A DNA stretch of 64,000 nucleotides from an uncultured Myxococcales bacterium. Its GTDB lineage: Bacteria > Myxococcota_A > UBA9042. This document shows, one piece after another, positions 59,744 to 64,000 of this stretch (within the stretch, counting starts at the first letter, position 1; each line of letters starts with the position of its first letter). Under the pieces are notes generated by a model. The model was not told where the DNA came from and did no database searches. It worked only from the letters and a program-made list of their open reading frames with translations. The translations under genes were made by a program, and so were the position numbers. The stretch spans positions 2,833-66,832 of the forward strand of contig CAISBR010000081.1 in assembly GCA_903883645.1 (NCBI GenBank), in the 5' to 3' direction.

Positions 59744-61249
59744 ATGGGTAGCAACATCGCATCGATCGGGCACTTTATCGCCGGCCAGCACGTCGCCGGG
59801 CAGTCGGGCCGCTTCGGCGCCGTCTACAACCCCGCGAGCGGCGAGCAAAGTGCCGCAGTCGCCCTCGCCAGCGCCGACGAAGTGCGCACCGCCATCGCCA
59901 GTGCACAAGCCGCCTTTGGCCCCTGGTCCGAGACTCCGCCTTTGGTGCGCGCCCGTGTGATGTTCAAGTTCAAAGAACTGCTCGAGAAGCACAAAGACGA
60001 GCTGGCTGAGCTGGTGACGCGCGAGCATGGCAAGACCTTCGAAGACGCCAAGGGCTCGGTCACCCGCGGCATCGAAGTGGTCGAATTCGTTTGTGGCATT
60101 CCACACTTGCTGCGCGGCGAGCTGACCGAGAACGTCGGCCGGAACATCGACTCGTACAGCCTGCGCCAGCCGCTGGGGGTGTGCGCGGGCATTACGCCAT
60201 TCAACTTCCCCGCCATGGTGCCGATGTGGATGTTCCCCGTGGCGATCGCCTGCGGCAACACCTTCGTGCTCAAGCCGTCGGAGAAAGATCCCTCGACTTC
60301 GATGCGCTTGGCCGAATTGCTGACCGAGGCCGGGCTGCCCAAGGGTGTGCTCAACGTGGTGAACGGCGATCGCGAGGCCGTCGATACCCTGCTGACCGAC
60401 CCGGGAATTGCGGCGATCAGCTTTGTGGGCTCCACGAACGTGGGCGAGTACATCTACAAGACCGGTTCCGCCCACGGCAAGCGCGTGCAAGCTCTGTGCG
60501 GCGCCAAGAACCACATGGTGGTCATGCCCGATGCCGACATGAACCTGGTGGTCGACGCGCTGATTGGCGCGGCCTATGGCTCGGCGGGCGAGCGCTGCAT
60601 GGCAATTTCTGTAGCGGTGGCGGTGGGCGACGTGGCCGACGAGCTGGTCGCTCGGCTGATCCCGCGCACCCAGAGCCTGCTTGTGGGTCCGGGCATGGAC
60701 CCGGCGAGCGAGATGGGGCCGCTGGTCACCAAAGAACACTACACCAAAGTGCGCAGTTACGTGGACTTGGGCGTCGACGAGGGCGCAGTGTTAGCCGTCG
60801 ACGGTCGGCAGCTGGTGGTCGAAGGCTCGGAGCACGGCTTCTTCCTCGGCGGCTGCCTGTTCGACCATGTGACCCCCGACATGCGCATCTACAAAGAAGA
60901 AATCTTTGGCCCGGTGCTCTGCGTGGTCCGCGTGCCCGACTTCGAGACCGCGCTAAAGCTCGTCAACGACCACGAATATGGCAACGGCACTGCCATCTTT
61001 ACCCGCGACGGCGACAGCGCCCGCACCTTCGTCAACCGCGTGCAGGTCGGCATGGTTGGCGTCAACGTGCCAATCCCGGTCCCCATGGCCTTCCACAGCT
61101 TTGGCGGCTGGAAGCGCTCGATTTTCGGCGACCGCAATGTGTACGGCACCGAGGGCATCGGCTTCTACACGCGGCTGAAGACCACGACCGAGCGGTGGCC
61201 CACGGGGATTCGGGCGGGCGCAGAGTTCGTCATGCCCACGATGAAGTAG
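59744..61249 (+). CDS. mmsA: CoA-acylating methylmalonate-semialdehyde dehydrogenase
   Basis: [52 protein letters not shown]; ATG 59744. Confidence 0.94.
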   Translation: MGSNIASIGHFIAGQHVAGQSGRFGAVYNPASGEQSAAVALASADEVRTAIASAQAAFGPWSETPPLVRARVMFKFKELLEKHKDELAELVTREHGKTFEDAKGSVTRGIEVVEFVCGIPHLLRGELTENVGRNIDSYSLRQPLGVCAGITPFNFPAMVPMWMFPVAIACGNTFVLKPSEKDPSTSMRLAELLTEAGLPKGVLNVVNGDREAVDTLLTDPGIAAISFVGSTNVGEYIYKTGSAHGKRVQALCGAKNHMVVMPDADMNLVVDALIGAAYGSAGERCMAISVAVAVGDVADELVARLIPRTQSLLVGPGMDPASEMGPLVTKEHYTKVRSYVDLGVDEGAVLAVDGRQLVVEGSEHGFFLGGCLFDHVTPDMRIYKEEIFGPVLCVVRVPDFETALKLVNDHEYGNGTAIFTRDGDSARTFVNRVQVGMVGVNVPIPVPMAFHSFGGWKRSIFGDRNVYGTEGIGFYTRLKTTTERWPTGIRAGAEFVMPTMK

Positions 61250-61258
61250 CCGCTGCGC

Positions 61259-61277
61259 AATGGCGGGCATTTTCTAC
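61259..61277. repeat. Left 19-bp inverted repeat (REP-like, starts GTAG on the minus strand)
   Basis: AATGGCGGGCATTTTCTAC; reverse complement of 62429-62447 with one mismatch. Confidence 0.8.
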
Positions 61278-62296
61278 TGCCCGTTTTCATTGAGGTATGG
61301 CCGTTGCCCACCACCCGCCCCCTGCCAGATCGGGCTACTGCGCGCAGCGGCAGGGAAGGCGTAGGGTGGAAACTCCACATGCAAGGCCGGCCCCCCGCGC
61401 GCAGCCTGCGCCGTCGCCGCACGCAACTCCGAGCACGCAACCGCGCAGGCTTCCCGGAACAGCTTCAACCGTTCGCAGTAGTTCGCCTGGGCCGTGGCGT
61501 CGGGGGCAATGCACGGGCTCTGCGGCTTGCGCTCAGGCTTAGGGGAGGTCGGCAGGTCCTCCCAGTCCACACCGCGCGTATGATTCTCGATAGATACACT
61601 ATGCCGGGCATGTTCTGAATCTGCCGTATCGAGCGCTTCGTCGGGTGCCGCCGCCGGGCACAACTCCGCAACGGTGGCTGCAAGTTGCCGGCGCCAAGCC
61701 TCGTCGGCGAGGCCAGCGAAGCACGGCAGCGGGGTCATCGCTACGACCAGATCATCGGTAAAATCCTCAGCATTCGTAGGGTTCTTGCCGTTACGGCCAG
61801 CCAAGGTCCACTCAGTCTGGCGGAACCGCCGCCCGGCCACCTCCTCTCCACGAAGCAGCCACTGCGCGCTCGATGCCCCGGGCCATTCGCACGGATGCGC
61901 CGCCAGCCCCGCCTTGCAAGCCTGTAGCAAAACGTACTGTAAGGCCACGAGTTCACTAGCCTCCCCCGGCAGCACGGCCTTGACATGGGCCCGCGGGTGC
62001 CACATCGGGCCCTTACGCCCAAACGCCCTGTTCACCAACCGCGACGTCGCGGCATGGAACTGACAGAGGAATGCGGCGAATTGTTCTGGGTAATCAAACG
62101 AGTAGAGCCCGTGGTAGTGGTTCGACAAGAAGGTAAATGCGTGGACACGAACCCCCGTTTCCTGCTGCGCAGCGGCGAGCGCGCCAATGAATTCAGCCTG
62201 CATCGCCACATCTTCGGGCATCAGCGCCCACCGACGCTCGATCGTGGCAAGGCTGACCATGTGCAGGTGGGCGGGGTCGTAGAATCGGCGGCTCAT
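61274..62296 (-). mobile_element. HUH/Y1 transposase (REP-associated RAYT-like)
   Basis: FLSNHYH HUH motif, G.MW..R, catalytic Tyr in LQYVL..KAGL, WPGAS; GGAGG RBS before ATG 62296; flanked by inverted repeats. Confidence 0.8.
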
Positions 62297-62428
62297 AGCG
62301 GTCTCCCTCCGGGCGTTCTTCCGCTCGGTACTAGGGTGATCGATCTGGCCACTGGTTTTGCCGCGGCGCTGGGCGAAAAAAGTTCCCGCGACAGGCAACA
62401 AGATTGTCAGTCCCAATCAATTCAACGG

Positions 62429-62447
62429 GTAGAAAATGCCCACCATT
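62429..62447. repeat. Right 19-bp inverted repeat
   Basis: GTAGAAAATGCCCACCATT. Confidence 0.8.
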
Positions 62448-62493
62448 CGTATTTGGCCTCGCGGCGGTGATCACCTGGCGCCCGTGTCTGCGT

Positions 62494-63786
62494 TCAGGCG
62501 ATGCCCGCCTCGGTCAAGACCTGGCTCGCCCGCGGCCCCACCCCCAACTCATAAAACAGCCGGTCCACCCCGTCCAAGTCGAGCGTCGTCGCCACAAAGG
62601 GCTCGCCGACCTTGAGCCGCCCCGTGTAGCCGCCCGGTTCGCGCAGAGCCAGCGCCGCACACCGGGTGACACCCCGCAAGACCTCTTGCGGACTCAGCTT
62701 TGCCCCCAACACCGCCATCTGCATCGCCAGCACCAGGTTCGTGGTCATGGCCGAGCCGGGGTTGCAGTCCGTCGCCACTGCCACCAGCGCGCCCGCGTCG
62801 ACCAGTTGCCGCAGCGGCGCATACGGCTCGCGCAAGAACACCGACGTTAGCGGCAGCCCCACCGCCACAGTATCCGACTTTGCAAGTATTTCAAGCGACT
62901 TAGAAGCTGTTTGCAGTAGATGCTCGACCGACGCCGCGCCCTGCTCCACCGCCCACTGCACGCCGTCCAGGTCGGCAAACTCGTCGACATGGGCCTTCAT
63001 GGGCAGCCCCAGCGCGTCGGCAACTTTCGCAATCTTCTCGGCCTGTTCGACCGTAAAGTAGCCCTTCTCGACAAACACATCGACAAAGGCCAGCTCGGGG
63101 TCGGCCGCGCGCATCGCCGGCAAGATCTGCTCGCACACCAGCGCCACGTAACCTTCTGGATTCGCTTTGAACTCCGGCGGAATCGCATGAGCCGGCATCG
63201 CCGTACTCACCAGCCGCAGCTGCCCGGCAAACCGCTGTCGCAGCACCGCAATGGCTTGTAAGATCTTGACCTCACTAGCTAACTCCAGACCGTAGCCGGT
63301 CTTACACTCGACCACCCGCACGCCCCACTCGGCCATCTGCTGCAGTCGGGGCGCCGCGGCCTCGACCAGCTCGGGCACACTCGCCGCGCGCGTCTTGGCC
63401 ACCGTGTGCAGGATCCCTCCGCCCGCCGCCGCGATCTCACCGTAACTTTTGCCATTTAGCCGTTGCACGAACTCGCCGCTGCGATCGCCCGCGAACACCA
63501 CATGGGTATGGCAGTCGATCAGACCTGGCAGCAGCAAACGCCCACCAAGATCAATGGTTGCGTCGGCATGGGGCTGCTCAGCGCTGCCAGTCGGCCCCAG
63601 CCACTCCAGCTGCCAGCCACCCCAAAGCTCATGGCGAATCACCAGATCAACGCCCGTGTGCCGCCCCAGCTGCTCCCAAGAGGTCAGCGGCCCGCGCTCC
63701 GGCCCGGTACAAGTCAGAACATGCCCGGCACCTGTCAGGCGCACCCGGCGTCGCGGCAGGGGTCCAGTTAGGCGGGGTTCGCGCAT
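62494..63786 (-). CDS. hutI: Imidazolonepropionase
   Basis: PGLIDCHTH..AGDR..EF, GGGI..TV..TR, KTGYGL, HVDE, ATDCNPGS; follows hutU. Confidence 0.93.
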   Translation of the reverse strand: MREPRLTGPLPRRRVRLTGAGHVLTCTGPERGPLTSWEQLGRHTGVDLVIRHELWGGWQLEWLGPTGSAEQPHADATIDLGGRLLLPGLIDCHTHVVFAGDRSGEFVQRLNGKSYGEIAAAGGGILHTVAKTRAASVPELVEAAAPRLQQMAEWGVRVVECKTGYGLELASEVKILQAIAVLRQRFAGQLRLVSTAMPAHAIPPEFKANPEGYVALVCEQILPAMRAADPELAFVDVFVEKGYFTVEQAEKIAKVADALGLPMKAHVDEFADLDGVQWAVEQGAASVEHLLQTASKSLEILAKSDTVAVGLPLTSVFLREPYAPLRQLVDAGALVAVATDCNPGSAMTTNLVLAMQMAVLGAKLSPQEVLRGVTRCAALALREPGGYTGRLKVGEPFVATTLDLDGVDRLFYELGVGPRASQVLTEAGIA

Positions 63787-63789
63787 GTA

Positions 63790-64000
63790 CTACTCCTGCA
63801 TCGGGATTTTGACGCCGTTCTGCTTGGCACAGGCCACCGCGCTCGGATAGCCCGCATCGGCGTGGCGCAAGAGGCCCATCGCCGGGTCCGAGGTCAGCAC
63901 CCGCTCGATCCGCGCCGCCGCCTCAGGCGTGCCGTCGGCCACGATAACTACGCCTGCGTGCTGCGAATAGCCCATGCCTACACCGCCGCCGTGGTGCACG
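63790..64000 (-). CDS. hutU: Urocanate hydratase, C-terminal part
   Basis: [32 protein letters not shown]. Confidence 0.95.
   Translation of the reverse strand, partial: VHHGGGVGMGYSQHAGVVIVADGTPEAAARIERVLTSDPAMGLLRHADAGYPSAVACAKQNGVKIPMQE

Overview
GC-rich bacterial chromosomal segment. The many Cys-rich/TSP3/lamin-tail lipoproteins, DUF4175-like and TamAB-like genes point to a Myxococcota-type deltaproteobacterium (inference). Left to right: a sulfur-oxyanion respiration cluster (thioredoxin, psr/phsABC-like Mo enzyme, two YeeE/YedE halves, and a ~11-heme cytochrome c that runs off the left edge and is missing from the ORF track); an LNS2/HAD lipoprotein; an outer-membrane protein behind a Fur box; a Cys-rich lipoprotein plus a 16-repeat fibre-like protein; B12 radical SAM, methylmalonyl-CoA mutase, RluA, GT4 and a tandem MBL hydrolase pair; pntAB; a xanthine-dehydrogenase-family trio; tamA/tamB-like genes; a head-to-head junction of two 5'-truncated genes; an ECF sigma/anti-sigma/multicopper oxidase unit; three toxin-antitoxin modules stacked behind ychF; DUF4175, clpB, glmM, a four-LTD lipoprotein, mmsA, an IR-flanked HUH (RAYT-like) transposase, hutI and the end of hutU. 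The most striking unexplained structure is the TA stack. The last codons of ychF are repeated between the modules, each copy joined to a conserved ~60-bp arm that starts a few bases after the module's last stop codon. This looks like an integrase-less array of ~0.9-kb att-bounded TA cassettes. All product calls come from motif recognition by eye; no database search was run.
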